Source of the DNA: Enoplolaimus lenunculus
Taxonomy: Eukaryota
Assembly: GCA_030248215.1 (NCBI GenBank)
Contig: JASANG010003525.1
Coordinates: forward strand, 434,001-498,000
Length of the DNA: 64,000 bases
Direction: 5' to 3'
Shown here: one piece after another, positions 13,992-26,300 of the stretch
Position numbering within the stretch: the first letter of the stretch is position 1
Layout of the letters: every line of letters starts with the position of its first letter
Translations under genes and position numbers: made by a program
The notes under the pieces: model-generated
Databases searched by the model: none
Seen by the model: the letters and a program-made list of their open reading frames with translations, nothing else
Told to the model about the DNA's origin: nothing

Positions 13992-14385
13992 CAGGGTGCA
14001 ACCGGAATTCCGGTTCCGGCATTTTTTCACCTTCCGGTTCCGGTTCCGGTAAATTTTTACCGGATTTAAAAATTCCGGTGTTAAAATTTGGCCGTTTTCT
14101 TAACTTTGCTAATTTTTAAGAATCTCTTTTGAAAGCCACTTGTACTCCGAATATAAGCCATTGATGGTGGATTTCACTTCAGTCGACGACGAAAATCTAA
14201 AATACAACAAATAAAATTAATACCTGTGTTCGACTAAGGTTATTTTACAAATAATAGAGCCAAAAATAAGATTAAAATGAAATTTTTGGTGAAATGCATT
14301 TTTCACTTTCCGTTTCCGGTTCCGGTTCCGGTAAAATTTTCAAATTCCGGTTCCGGTTCCGGTAAATTGTAATTCCGGTTGCACC

Positions 14386-14388
<3 letters not shown>
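13992..14388. mobile_element. hAT-like MITE, CAGGGTGCAACCGG family
   Basis: Perfect 18-bp TIR CAGGGTGCAACCGGAATT; flanked by ATATATAT on both sides; subterminal TTCCGG repeats; related copies or ends at ~5490, 15687-15870, ~48270-48609 and ~52870. Confidence 0.9.

Positions 14389-14468
<80 letters not shown>
14389..14468. repeat. (TA)n microsatellite
   Basis: Direct reading; flanks the MITE at 13992-14388. Confidence 0.95.
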
Positions 14469-14471
<3 letters not shown>

Positions 14472-15879
14472 TTCAGTTCAGTCTGGTGTATGATTGCTTA
14501 AATCGTTACATTATTAGCGCTGAACACTGCAGGCTTTGTGCACTTTGCACCCAGTCTTAGTTTCAAGCAGGTTGTAAAGTGTAATAATTGATTAGATTCA
14601 AAACGCAGTATGATGATGTAGACGTTTAGAACGGTAAAACTTATATTTTTCAGTGTGGTTTTAAGAGCATCAAACAGGATAGATGGGGTTGAAGTGAAGT
14701 GTCGTTCTGGAAAATAGACGTTTTTTGTGGAAATTTGAAATTTTTAAAATGTTTTTTATTGTTCAAGTGGTTGACTTAAAAATAAACGAACTCAATTGCT
14801 GAAATATGTTTCATCACTTGTTTTACGCTTATTTATATATATATATATTTTTACGTTTATGTCGTAGAGTAATCTGCTATTCAGAACAATTACTAGTTGG
14901 CATACGATAATCTGCTGTTTTATGTAATAGCAGTTTGGCCTGGGTTAATTCGCGATAATAACAGAACTTTTATGAGTAGCGACAATAAGCACTTCAAAAA
15001 ATTGCCGATTTTTTGCCAATACTTTTTGCACTCACCAGTGAGTTGGAATGGTTTTTGTTTCAAATGTCGCCGTATATCAGTGCGTTCGATCAGGAAAGTG
15101 TTGTCTCTTGCGTCGTTACGTATCCTAAAAACGGATATAATTCTGTGTGAACGTTTCATTTCAATTAATTTTTTCAAACACCAACGCAAGACCCGTCACC
15201 ACAGTTTCTTGATCAAACGCGCTGATATACCATCGCAAGGTAAAATCGATAGCATTCCAAGTCATTGCTAAGTGCAAAAAGTATCGACAAACAATCGGTA
15301 ATTGCAAGTTGTATGGATCTACAATGCATTGTGTTTTGGTAATTAATTTGTTGTCAACAAGTTTTACATAGTGCTCGATAGGCGGTGTTTATTGTTGCGT
15401 TTTGTATTAATGTTTTTATTGCAGTTGTTTAATTTTGGTAGAAGAATTGTTAATTTTTGGCCGGCGACACATGTTGTTATTTCGAATGTGCCCGAATTTA
15501 AAATATAACCCTATCATTAAAGGGAAGTTTTTATACTCTTTGTGCTCCGGTATCCCAAGCGTTTTTTCAAATATATCATTGCTGTAAACAGAACAGAGAG
15601 ACGTGTGTTCATTTTTTTACATTTTTGTTCTTCCACCACCAGGAACGAGTTCTGATTATATATACATATATCATATATATGTATATCAGGGTGCAACCGG
15701 AATAACAATTTACCGGAATCGGAATTTGAACAAATTACCGGAAAGTGAAAAATATATGCCACTGAAAAATTTATTTTAATTTTCTTTTCTGCAATATTAC
15801 TGGTGATTGCGGTAAAAAAATTTACCGGAACCGAAAAGTGAAAAAATGTCGGAACCGGAATTCCGGTTGCTATCTATGT

Positions 15880-16299
15880 CAGGGTGGCAACAGAGGTTCG
15901 GATTGAGCAAAAAATTTTGGTTCGGTTTTGGACTCGGTTTTGAAAAAGTCGAATCTAAGAACCGGATCCAACAATGTTCTTTACATTTTTAAGCAATAAA
16001 AAATTTTATTTACATTTTTAAGCAATAAAAAATTTTAAACAACGTGTTCTATAAATCAGTATCTTTCGTTTCAGGTCACAAATCTCAATACAAAGGTTGG
16101 TCACGAAATATAATATTAGCGTTTAAAAGGTATGCGGCTGGCATTGTGTTGATATTCTGAACCAAATTATAGATATATCTGAAATTTGTAACATGCAAGA
16201 TCCAGATTCGGATTCGGCAAACTAGCAATGGATTCGGATTCGTCAAATTAGCAATGCTTTCGAATTCGATCAAATCGTGGATTCGGCGCCACCACCCTG
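15880..16299. mobile_element. hAT-like MITE with GGATTC subterminal repeats
   Basis: Ends CAGGGTGG...CCACCCTG; partial inverted copy at ~8230-8425. Confidence 0.65.
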
Positions 16300-17897
16300 G
16301 TGTATATATTGCCTGCTTATCAACTAAAGTGAATTACTAAATTATGCATTAGAAGACAAAAACCATCTGCAGAAATCTAAATTATACTAATACGAGTGAG
16401 TGCTAAACTTTTAGCAGTCATTGCTTGACAACTGTGGGAAACGACTCGCGTACGTTCGTGAGAACAATTCGATTGATTTTAGTTCAATTTATTGCGTGGT
16501 TTAGGTTTTGAACTGTTGTTGGTGTTTGTATGGCGATTTTAACCTGATAAAACCGAATCTTTTCACACGTTTGGGATCGTATCAAGGGCGTACGTAGCCA
16601 AAGGGGTGTATTTTGGGGGCCAAAAGGTCCTGTTCAAGAATTTTTGGTAAAACGGTTTTTAGATATATTTAAGTCAGTAACGCAAGAACTACAAGTAGTC
16701 GTTTTCATAGAACGTCATTTTTTGCCTGTCTAAAATCCGTCGCTACGTCCATGGGCGGTATGCTGTAACAGTTATCGAAAATGTAGAGCCAAGGTTCTGG
16801 ATTCCAGGTTCAATTCCAGCTCTGTTTTAACACTGAAAATGCCCAAGCAGTACACGCTTTATTGCCAGTATGATTAATACATTTGGTCGTTAGTTTGTTA
16901 GCTAGTTTGAAGGCTTAGCTCCCGGTGGTTAGCGTATATTTCACGACTGAACTATGATTATCACCTGGCTGGCTATGTTCGTTCGGTTAAACCAGTTTCA
17001 CACCAGTATTAGGTTACTGGTTACCTCGAATCGTATTGTTGAAAATTTATCGAGCTGTTGCGATCATTGTCATCCGTAAAATTAGGTTCTGTCCAAGAAT
17101 AAACAGGAATTGTTTTTGTGGCTGAAGTCCAGGTCAACATTGAGTTTCGACCTGTGGCTCCCGGTAAACAGAATTCCGGTCTCAGTTGTGACAAAATACA
17201 GTTATTACATACGGTCGGAAGGCTGATTCTATCGTTTACGGTTTGTAATGTGTGGTATTTTGTGACACGTCTGCGAGGAAAGCTGTTTTGTTGCAAAATC
17301 AATTGTTCATTTGGGTTTAGACTTCCGGTCTTGCCAGCGACCTGGTTAAGTTGAGACTGGTGAGACCGGAGCTAGTCCGACAGTGAGCCTGTCATCTTGT
17401 CGTTGGACTTATTAGAGAACTTGCCAAGAAATCTCTTGAGCGAATTTTCAGCAATTTCATTACACAGTTTTGCGAAAACACATCAGAAACAGTTTATTAA
17501 CAAAATTTGAGTAATTGGAAAAACACTCATTTCGAAATAACAATTTTTCAAAGACAAAGCTGCCAATGTTTAAATGATTATACATAATTTGCACCCAAAA
17601 CCGTAAAGATTTCGGTTCCTGCACCTGTGAATGCAGCAACAGGGACAGAAATTTAATTTTTACACAAATTCCGGCCGGAAGTGAGGAATTATGATGGGAC
17701 TGTGGTATACTGTCAGGATGTAGTCCCTAGGGTTTGATGAATTTGTTGTAGGTTGAGGCAATAACAAAAATAAATACACGTATATATGTATATAAGTACG
17801 TATGTATATAATTTGGTGATCATGTATCTAAGGTATGATTACGTAATAATTGTATCTGATCACTGTATTATTTAACACGATGTTGTCGTTTGTTCAG

Positions 17898-17933
17898 GCC
17901 AATTTTCGTAAGAAAAGCATACATATATCAGCG
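17898..17933 (+). CDS. TRPM: Candidate upstream TRPM exon (ANFRKKSIHISA)
   Basis: tgttcag acceptor, 36 nt open in phase 0, then a gtaagt donor; phase-compatible with the exon at 23267. No homology support. Confidence 0.45.
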
Positions 17934-19138
17934 GTAAGTTATTTTTGGGCTATTAGGTTTCTGTTTAAGGGTTTAATATAATATGTTAATATATAACCGT
18001 TTTTTTGTTGATAAACACGTATATAACTATTGATTTTTAACCACAGATCGGGCTTAGTAACACTGTTTTGGCAGCTGGGATTTGGCTATATTTCAGGGCG
18101 AGACGAGGCTAACGCCGAATATTGTGGAGAGCCGGAATGTGGGAAGAGAGTAATTGGGTTTTTTTGCCGAATTGATGGTTTTGGTTCATTGAGCCTATGT
18201 GAATTGAGTAGTGTGGTACTATTTTAATCAGACGTTAATATACAGATATTTCGGACGTAAGTATAATGTATACATTGTCTCACAGTAAAATTTAGTATGA
18301 AAAGGAATGCGATAATTTATAGCGGAACGTAGGTTTATTTTTGGATGGGTTTGGCGGATAAACAGGCAAAAGGGAGGGTTCATATGTAGACGTAAAGGGT
18401 TACTTGAATTAACGTTGGTACCCGCTGCCGCCTACTACGACACCAAAGCAACGGAATAAATCCGTGTGGTTAACTAAGAAACTGTTTACCAGATTAGCTT
18501 TTTTTGGCTTTGAATAACCAGTAACAATATTTGGGAGTGTTGGCGTCCTGGGTCAAACATTGGGGTTACGGTAAATGATTGAGATAGAATTTTAACGGGC
18601 GAGTTTGCGTCCGACTCAAAAAATTTGACACAATTTCAAGTCGTTTAATAATATTCCGAGCAGTTGAAGCGTAAAATATGAATATTGGATTATGTTTGTA
18701 AAATGAATTTAGCAAAGGTCGAATTTAGTGCCATTTTTCTATTGAATTTTTAATTTTTAACCTTACGGCATTCAGTATTAAATTTCATCCAGTTGTCAAC
18801 CGTCTGTTGAAAATTTAGTCTAATTTTATTTTATTTACATATTAGGCTTGTTGAAATGTTACGTATTCGGCTACGTAGTTGAAATTAATGTACTGTGCGC
18901 TGGTTGTTTTAGTGGTACTGTTTATTATTTTAAAAAGCCTGGCTCACATTTAGGCTGGACGTAAGCCTAACGGTGGCGCTAATGTTATTCTGCTACGTGT
19001 TTGAAATAAGAATAAGGCTTGCTTAATATTTCTTTTTAATGTTATGTTAATGTTCTGTGTACTGGTTCGTTTAATGGTATATACTGTTTATTATTTTAAA
19101 AAGCCTAAATTTAGTCTCAGATTTAGACTTAACGTAAG

Positions 19139-19515
19139 CCTAAGGGTGGCGCTATACGTGCCGTGCGACGCCGTCCGGTGCCGTCGGTCGCCGTACGGCG
19201 CCGTGCGTCATTATCCGTCACCAAGTAATTTGCGTACGATAGCGTACCGTGACGCACAGTGACGGACGGTGCTGACGTCATCAGACGTATAGCTACGCCC
19301 TAAGGCTTGTGCTGTACTTGACGTCCGGCGCCGTCCGTCACCGTGTGGCATCCGTATGGCGCTGTCCGTCACCGTGTGGCATCCGTATGGCGCCGTCCGT
19401 CACTCGTATGGCGCCGTGGTGACTGACGACGCCGTACGGGTAACGGACGGCACCGGACGGTACCGTGCGGGTGACAGACGGCGTCGTGCGTCAAAAAGTA
19501 TATCGTAACCGTAAG
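19139..19515. mobile_element. Two adjacent palindromic MITE-like elements rich in CCGTC/GACGG
   Basis: Ends TAAGGGTGGCGCTATAC...GTATAGCTACGCCCTAAG; related copies at ~22565-22733, ~28830-28932 and ~30725-30895. Confidence 0.65.
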
Positions 19516-19897
19516 CCTGAGCCTATTTTATTAATTCCTGACATGCGGCAGGGAATCCCATTTGATGTCGACAAGTAAACAGTATCGTTTCATTAGGTGA
19601 AGCACTCGTCAAGCCAAATATTTGCACCTAATTTACTTAGGTTATAATAATATTATGCATTGGCAGCATTGGTACGGTAATATATGCAAATAATAGTTGG
19701 TCGGTTTGTTAAAAATAATTGAGTTAAGTCGCTCAGTTTCCTCAAGCCGTTAGCATTTCAGTGTTTTGTAATTTAATTTAAATTTTTTATGAGACAATGT
19801 TGCAGCAGATGTTTGAAAACTATCTGTTGCATAAGTGTGTGCGCGTATATGTGCATGGTAAGTGTATGTAAAACAAAAACATTGTAATACATGTGCA

Positions 19898-20138
19898 CAG
19901 TGGCGGAGCAGGCAGGGTGGGGTCTCCCGTTAAGTTCCAGGGTGGGGTCTCCCGTTAAGTTCCAGGGTGGGGGTCTCCCGTTAAGTTCCAGGGTGCGGGC
20001 CACCAAACTCGCGAGCGAGAAGCCACACGCATTTTGAAACTTAAGCGGTTTTTGTTTCAATTGGTTAGGGTGAGGCCCCTTTAGGGGTGGGCCCCCCAAA
20101 TGGGGGTATTTGGCTAACTGCTTCGATCCAGCGCCGTG
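19898..20138. mobile_element. hAT-like MITE inserted in the upstream flank of a tRNA-like unit
   Basis: Exact 8-bp TSD CATGTGCA; internal ~29-bp triplication; same family as 62656-62831. Confidence 0.85.
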
Positions 20139-20177
20139 CATGTGCATATATACCTCTGTATACAAAATTATTACAAT

Positions 20178-20249
20178 GACCACATGGTGCAGTGGTAGCA
20201 TGCTTGGCTCGAACGCAAGAGGGCCGAGGTTCGATTCCCGGCGTGGTCC
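20178..20249 (+). ncRNA. tRNA-like unit, family B (SINE head or tRNA pseudogene; CGA at the anticodon position)
   Basis: Acceptor-like GACCAC/GTGGTC, A-box TGGTGCAGTGG, B-box GGTTCGATTCC; imperfect anticodon and T stems. Confidence 0.6.
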
Positions 20250-20393
20250 TTATCTTTGGGCAAAACTTCGAACAGGGGTCGTGCAGACCGTGTTGTTCCA
20301 ATAAAACAAGATGTACGTACCTTGTGGGTCAGGAACTAGAATTGCCGAAATTAACGTCGCAGAGTTAAGCAGGGACGTAGCTAGAGATAACCT

Positions 20394-20632
20394 CGTTGAG
20401 CGAAGCGTTTTATGTTTTGTAGTCTGGGGTGCCTAAATAATGCTTTCTAAATTATTTCTCAAATTATTAGGATTACTGAAGGGTTTTTGAGTGCGAGGAA
20501 TCTGAGTAAATTGTTTACAAACCGTCAAAACCAGTAAATGAATAGTTAGCTAATATCTAATTTGCATATTAGCTTAACTGCTTACGTGTGTCCGAGCGTC
20601 GCTCAATACATGTAGTCCCACTACGACTGGTG
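20394..20632 (+). mobile_element. Internally deleted copy of the HINE-like element
   Basis: Shares the 5' cgaagcgttttatgttttgta and 3' cgctcaatacatgtagt.ccactacgactggt ends with 10844-11555. Confidence 0.75.
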
Positions 20633-22261
20633 TAAAAGCATTTTGGACTCTCTAAACGATGTTTGTAGAGGTTTCGGGACGGGATATATATCGCCATATG
20701 TCTTCGATTGTATATACCCCCCTGAAAATAGGGGTATTTTTGCATAATGTTGACTTGGTTGTATTTTTGAGTTTAACTTGGTTTATTTCTTTCTGCAGAC
20801 AGGTTCAGTATTGCGTCAAAATTGCAAAAAAATTTGCAAACATCGCAGTGAAGCAAGTATACGTATATATACATATATAAACTTCTAAATTAAGATGAAA
20901 CTTAGCTGGAAACAAATTTCAATAAATACGTATGTAAGGCCAACTGTATTGGTGTAAATAGTAAAATTACCTGGTTTAGCTGGTTCGGAACGTTTTCTGG
21001 TCGCTTTTCGGTGTGTAAATAGGTATAAGCTAATCAAACTGTACTACGTCGGTCATCAACAACGCGTTGTTTAATTGCTATGATTTGAAGCCTTTATTTC
21101 GCGGTGTGATTGCAGTCTGTATGCGTTGTAATTTGTGATGGTATTATTGATACCGTATATACCACCACAATGTAGCTTTCTTAAAAAAATAACAATTATT
21201 GTTAACAGTCAAAAAACGGACAAGGATTCCAAGACAAAGGCGCTTGAAGTTGGGTCTTGTGTCAGACATTATTTTTTCGGTTTTCAAATTTTTCTCTGAT
21301 AAACCGATTGGGCTTTTGCTGTGCTGTTTTTGTTTTAATTATACTACAACTGTTGATGTTGTCGTGGTTAGCCAGTGTTGAGGTTGAAGGGTTAAACGCA
21401 GCGTTTAAGGATGTGTGTCCTGAGGATGCTAGGATCGTTTTTAGTTTGGAACACGTAACAGCGCACATTTGAAATGTTATGCAATGTAGTCCGACTTTTG
21501 AACCGTTTGGCGACGCCCCTGTTCTGTTGGTTGGTCGGTTGGTTGTATGGCCTTTGTAGAGTTTTGTCCACTGTTACCGCGTAGCAAAGCGCAGTCGTAA
21601 TTCCGGTTCCGACAACGATATCTGATATTTTTCGCTATACCTGTTCCGGCATTGAAGCGGGTATTTTTCTTTCACCTGATTTGCGTGTACTCTCGGGGTT
21701 GAAAATTGTCAGGTTCAACAGTTACAGTTGAACTTAAGCGACTGGATTTGTTACATTTAAACTGGTTTAATAATACAAGATGGATGCTAGCAAAATTTAA
21801 TAATTTTCGCTCAATTTGTTTTATAATTGTGGATTCACCGTTCAATTTAAGCAGTAGAGCGGTGCGTCTTATCATGTGTGATGACAAATGTTGAACGAAC
21901 GCTGCATACAGTAGTAATCGATGTTATATTTTCTTTGCAGTAATATTAGTTAAAATTATTGCTATTAGCGTTTGCGGGGAATTTTTGTCATGTTGAGCGA
22001 TGAGTAATCTTCAGTTGAGTGGAAACACGATCTAGAATGAAAAAAATGGTCCAAAAAGTCGGCTTGCAAAATTTTAAGCCTGCCCCCCCCAGGATCCCCC
22101 AGATCATCGCCCCCCCAGGAAAACTGCCCCCAGCAAAATTAGCTGCCCCCCAGGAAACCCCTAGGGGCCCCCGAGGAAACGCCCCCCGGTGGAAATTTTC
22201 AAGCTGTGGAGAAGCCAGTTGCTTACACGGCTAAACGCAACGCTAATCGTCGAATGGGTTT

Positions 22262-22336
22262 TTTGTTGTTGTTGTTGTTGTTGTTGCTGTTGTTGTTGTT
22301 GCTGTTGCTGTTGTTGTTGTTGTTGTTGTTGTTGTT
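22262..22336. repeat. (TTG/CTG)n trinucleotide microsatellite
   Basis: ~24 units; explains the poly-Cys ORF. Confidence 0.95.
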
Positions 22337-22781
22337 TCGTACCAGGTCGATCTAATATTGTTAATATGAGACCTGAATTGCGTCGTGGCGGCAGCCAATA
22401 TACATATTTTTATAGATGGTACATCCTACATAATGACACGAAGATGTCCCAGTTGGAAGCGGTAAATTTTTGTTTAATTTGAAATTTTGAAATTTTGGAG
22501 AAAAATAGGTGATGTACAGCTTCAGCCAGACCATGGGATTTTATTCCGCAAGTGTATTTTTTAAGATGGAGTACGGGTGGTGTTATGCTTGTCGGACGGT
22601 GCCGTTCGTTACGATTCGCCACCGTCCGGCCCAGGTGCCGTCCGTCACCATACGGTATTGTAGGCGAGTAATTCGAGTACGACGCCGTACGGTAACGGAC
22701 GGCGCAGGACGTCATTAAAAGTATAGCGCCACGCGAATGTTACTATTTCGATTTTAAAATGTGAAGTTGTGAAGGTATGAG

Positions 22782-22959
22782 GGCCCATGTATAGAACAGG
22801 GCTGGATCGTTTTCCGGCTGGGCTGTAATAGAGTCAGTTTAAGCTTTAGACAAACTTTTTTGTTTAGGCTTAGGCTCAGAAATAGACTCATCCTTATGTT
22901 TAGGCTTAGGCTTACGAATATGCGTATACTACTGCTCCGGCCCTGTCTATACATGGGCC
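22782..22959. mobile_element. ~180-bp MITE with internal TTAGGC-like hexamers (type copy)
   Basis: TIR GGCCCATGTATAGA(ACAGGGC)/(GCCCTG)TCTATACATGGGCC; internal ttaggcttaggc. Confidence 0.85.
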
Positions 22960-23266
22960 GTTATGAGCTTTGGGTTCACACACTAATATTGAATAGGACC
23001 CTGGTGTTGATGGTCGTAAGTTGTGCCTTCTATTTTTGCAGTGGGTGATCATCCGTATTTGGCTTCTATTATTTGACTAATCCTGCACGTTTTGCTTGGG
23101 GTAAGAAAACGTGAGACTTTGCGTTGGACAGATTTGTCTTGTACAAACGTTGAATCCAGTTATTGCATCTAGTGACTACAAGATTCTAGCGTAATTTCGG
23201 TTCAAAATTTAACTCAAGTACAATATTTTATCAAAATTTGAGATGTTTGATTTTTGTTTATTTCAG

Positions 23267-23346
23267 GCTCAAAAAAATTTCATTGAAAAAGCATTCCAAA
23301 AACGCGAGTGCACTCACTTTTTAGCCAGTTCAAAAGATGGGGTCAA
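23267..23346 (+). CDS. TRPM: TRPM exon ([18 protein letters not shown])
   Basis: tttcag/gtaagt; matches the TRPM N-terminal QKSWIE..F.KREC motif. Confidence 0.92.
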
Positions 23347-26300
23347 GTAAGTTGAACTTATTAGTTTTTATTAGGGCTGTGCCGATACCAATATTTTTGC
23401 CGATGCCGATGTCGAGTACAACTTTAGTAGACCATACTTAATAAACAGATAGGATACTACATTACATCTTTATATGAAGACTTAAACCTTAATCATCATA
23501 AACGATTATAATTTTTATAAGAACAGTTCATTTCAGTTAATTTTTTCAAACGCAAACGCATGAGAGATAACAGTTTTCCTGACCACACTCACTGATATGC
23601 GCCCAGAAATGAATTTGATAACATTCCAACTCACAGTTATAAGGAAAAAGTATTGGCAAAGAATTAGCAAATTTAGTACAGGGTCGATGCCGACGCACGA
23701 AAAGTGCCGATAATTACCGATATGCCGATACCGATTAATCGGCGCAGTCCCTAGTTGTTATATGTTTTCACGGGGATACATAATAAACCGAAATTTACCT
23801 GCATTAACCGTTGTTCAAGACTGATTACCGGAATCCTGTGTTCTGTTTTGGTAAACTCGAATTATTTCAACAGGTTCAGCATTGTGTATATTAATATGTT
23901 AGTTTATTCTCAGCTTCGATTTTTCTCAATTAAAAACTGTAACATTTTGATTTTCTGTATTTTTGAAATTAAAACAAAATATTAAAAAGTTATATTTCGG
24001 GTATCTTTTCGATTCATAAGATGTTAATTATAGTCCAAAATGAAATATTTTCGGTTTTGATCGTATACGTAATATTACTCTTGCGGTAATTTTTCTACTC
24101 TGTACAGTCGTTATACACAACGCACGTGCAAATTCGATTGTATTATTAATAATTTTGACTGTTAATATTATTTTTAGATGTGGATGCGGCAGAACACTCG
24201 CTGCGCATAAATATATTGAGTCTCAAGCTGGAGCTTCCGACGATGGGCGAATGTCAACGCATTTAGAGCCACGACGTGTTGCTACTGAAGGTCATCATCT
24301 CGGCGCCACAGTGCCTGGAGTTCATTTGTCCAAGCGATGGAGTATTGCGACTCATACAACTCCGTATCCAACTGACGCGTATGGAACGATCGAATTTCAA
24401 GGTGGCCCACATCCGCACAAAGCTCAGGTTGGTGGTAGGAATTAGTGCCTGCAGTTATGGGCAGAATTATGTCGTGCGCAGTAAATGCGATTACGTCTGC
24501 GGTAGCAGTTTTACAGTCGCGATTGAAATATTCATTGATCGCGACCTGTAGCGTCTACAAATGCGATCGTTGTCTCGTCTCGAACTGCGGTTGTAAACAG
24601 ATTTGCAAACGATTGAACCATTAATACTAGGCATCGCTGGTGCAGCCGCAGTTTTGGTCACAGTGATCGCGACCATTTGAAATCGCATTTGCAAGAGATT
24701 GCGTCCAAAGAACCACCAATCGCGAGCAGAGTCGCAGTTTGAAACGCGATCGCGATGGAGGTTAATTCTATCCGGGGGGGGGGCTGGTGGGTGATATTAG
24801 ATAAGGAAATGGTCAACCTCAGTCGCGACTGGACATGATTTGATTATTGAGCTAATGATCAAATTATTGGGTTGGTAACCGAGCGCACCGGACATTTAAA
24901 AGATCCAAATGCTGAAATCAAACTAGGTTTATGTGAAGAGAAACGATGCGTTAAGCACGGATAATTTCAGTTTGTAAGTGCTGGTATATTTCGTATACCG
25001 AGTTACGCTACACTTTGATTGTATGAAATAAAAGATAGCAATCTAGCTGGCCGAATTTAGGTTTTGTGATGATATTACATATTGAGTTGCACTAGGTTAT
25101 GCATTTGAAGTTGAAAAACATTTAGGTCGCTAAACAGGCCCAGAATGACCGAAATTTAACACTACCCGCAGTTGTAAGGGGAAAAACGAGGTTTTACATC
25201 CGTCTTGTGTTGTGGACCTATTTTATTTGGTTTAAGTACTGTAAAATAGAGGCTTACTAATAATTTATTATGATAATTTGTTTACAGTACGTTCGTCTTG
25301 GATTCGACTCTGAACCTGAACAAATATTGTATTTATTCGAACAAGTTTGGGGCATCGAGCGGCCAAAATTGGTTATTTCTGTACACGGTGGCATTGCAAA
25401 CTTCACTCTGCAGCCTAAGCTTGCCCGTGTGTTCCGCAAAGGTCTTCTGAAGGCGGCGAAAACAACTGGGGCATGGATTATTACTTCCGGGCTGAACGCA
25501 GGTAAGCATGCTGGAGAGATCGTGAAGGAGTTTAAAGCAAGTTGTGTTGGACGTTTTGGAGCAAATCTAAAGTGGTATTTTTATGTTTGCACCATTTGAT
25601 TTTGATGTATGACACTGTTATTGATCAATGTTTCAGGTGTTGTAAGGCACGTTGCGTCTGCACTTAGCGATGGTGGCGGTGGCTTGCGAGCCAAAAAGAA
25701 AATTGTCACAATTGGTATTGCGCCGTGGGGATTGCTGAAAAAGCGTGACGATTTTATTGGGCGTGAGGTGAGTGTTGCAGCTCTATGACTTCTGGTCATC
25801 ATAGAAAAGTCGAGCGCATGTAGTCCAGTTGTTTTTCGGTTTTGTTTTTTGTCTCCGTAACAACAAGGGACATTGGAGTCTTGCACTTTATGTGCTTGTG
25901 TCACACATCTTTGTTTCTAATTGTGCACGGACTTCGTGATCTCTGTGCGGTTAGCCACCATCTTGTTGAATTGAAATTCTATTTTTCAGGCCATTGTACC
26001 TTACCATCCACAAGCGTTTTCACCTAAAGGTCGTTTTGCTGTTCTCAACAATAAACATTCCTATTTTCTTCTGGTCGACAACGGAACCGTTGGTCGGTAT
26101 GGAGCGGATATTATTTTGCGAAAACGATTTGAAGAATATGTGTCAAAACTCAGGATCGAAAGTGAGACTATTTTTTGAGGCGATAGGCTGGAAGGGTGGG
26201 TGTAGCCGTGGATACTTTGCAATCAGATTACGGGCGTTTGTAATTGTGTATTGTGTTTTGTACACCTTTTGGGGGAATGATTTCAGTACAGTACCGTTGG

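Noticed and set aside
22189..22482. Poly-cysteine protein ORF
   Set aside because: Translation of a (TTG/CTG)n microsatellite.
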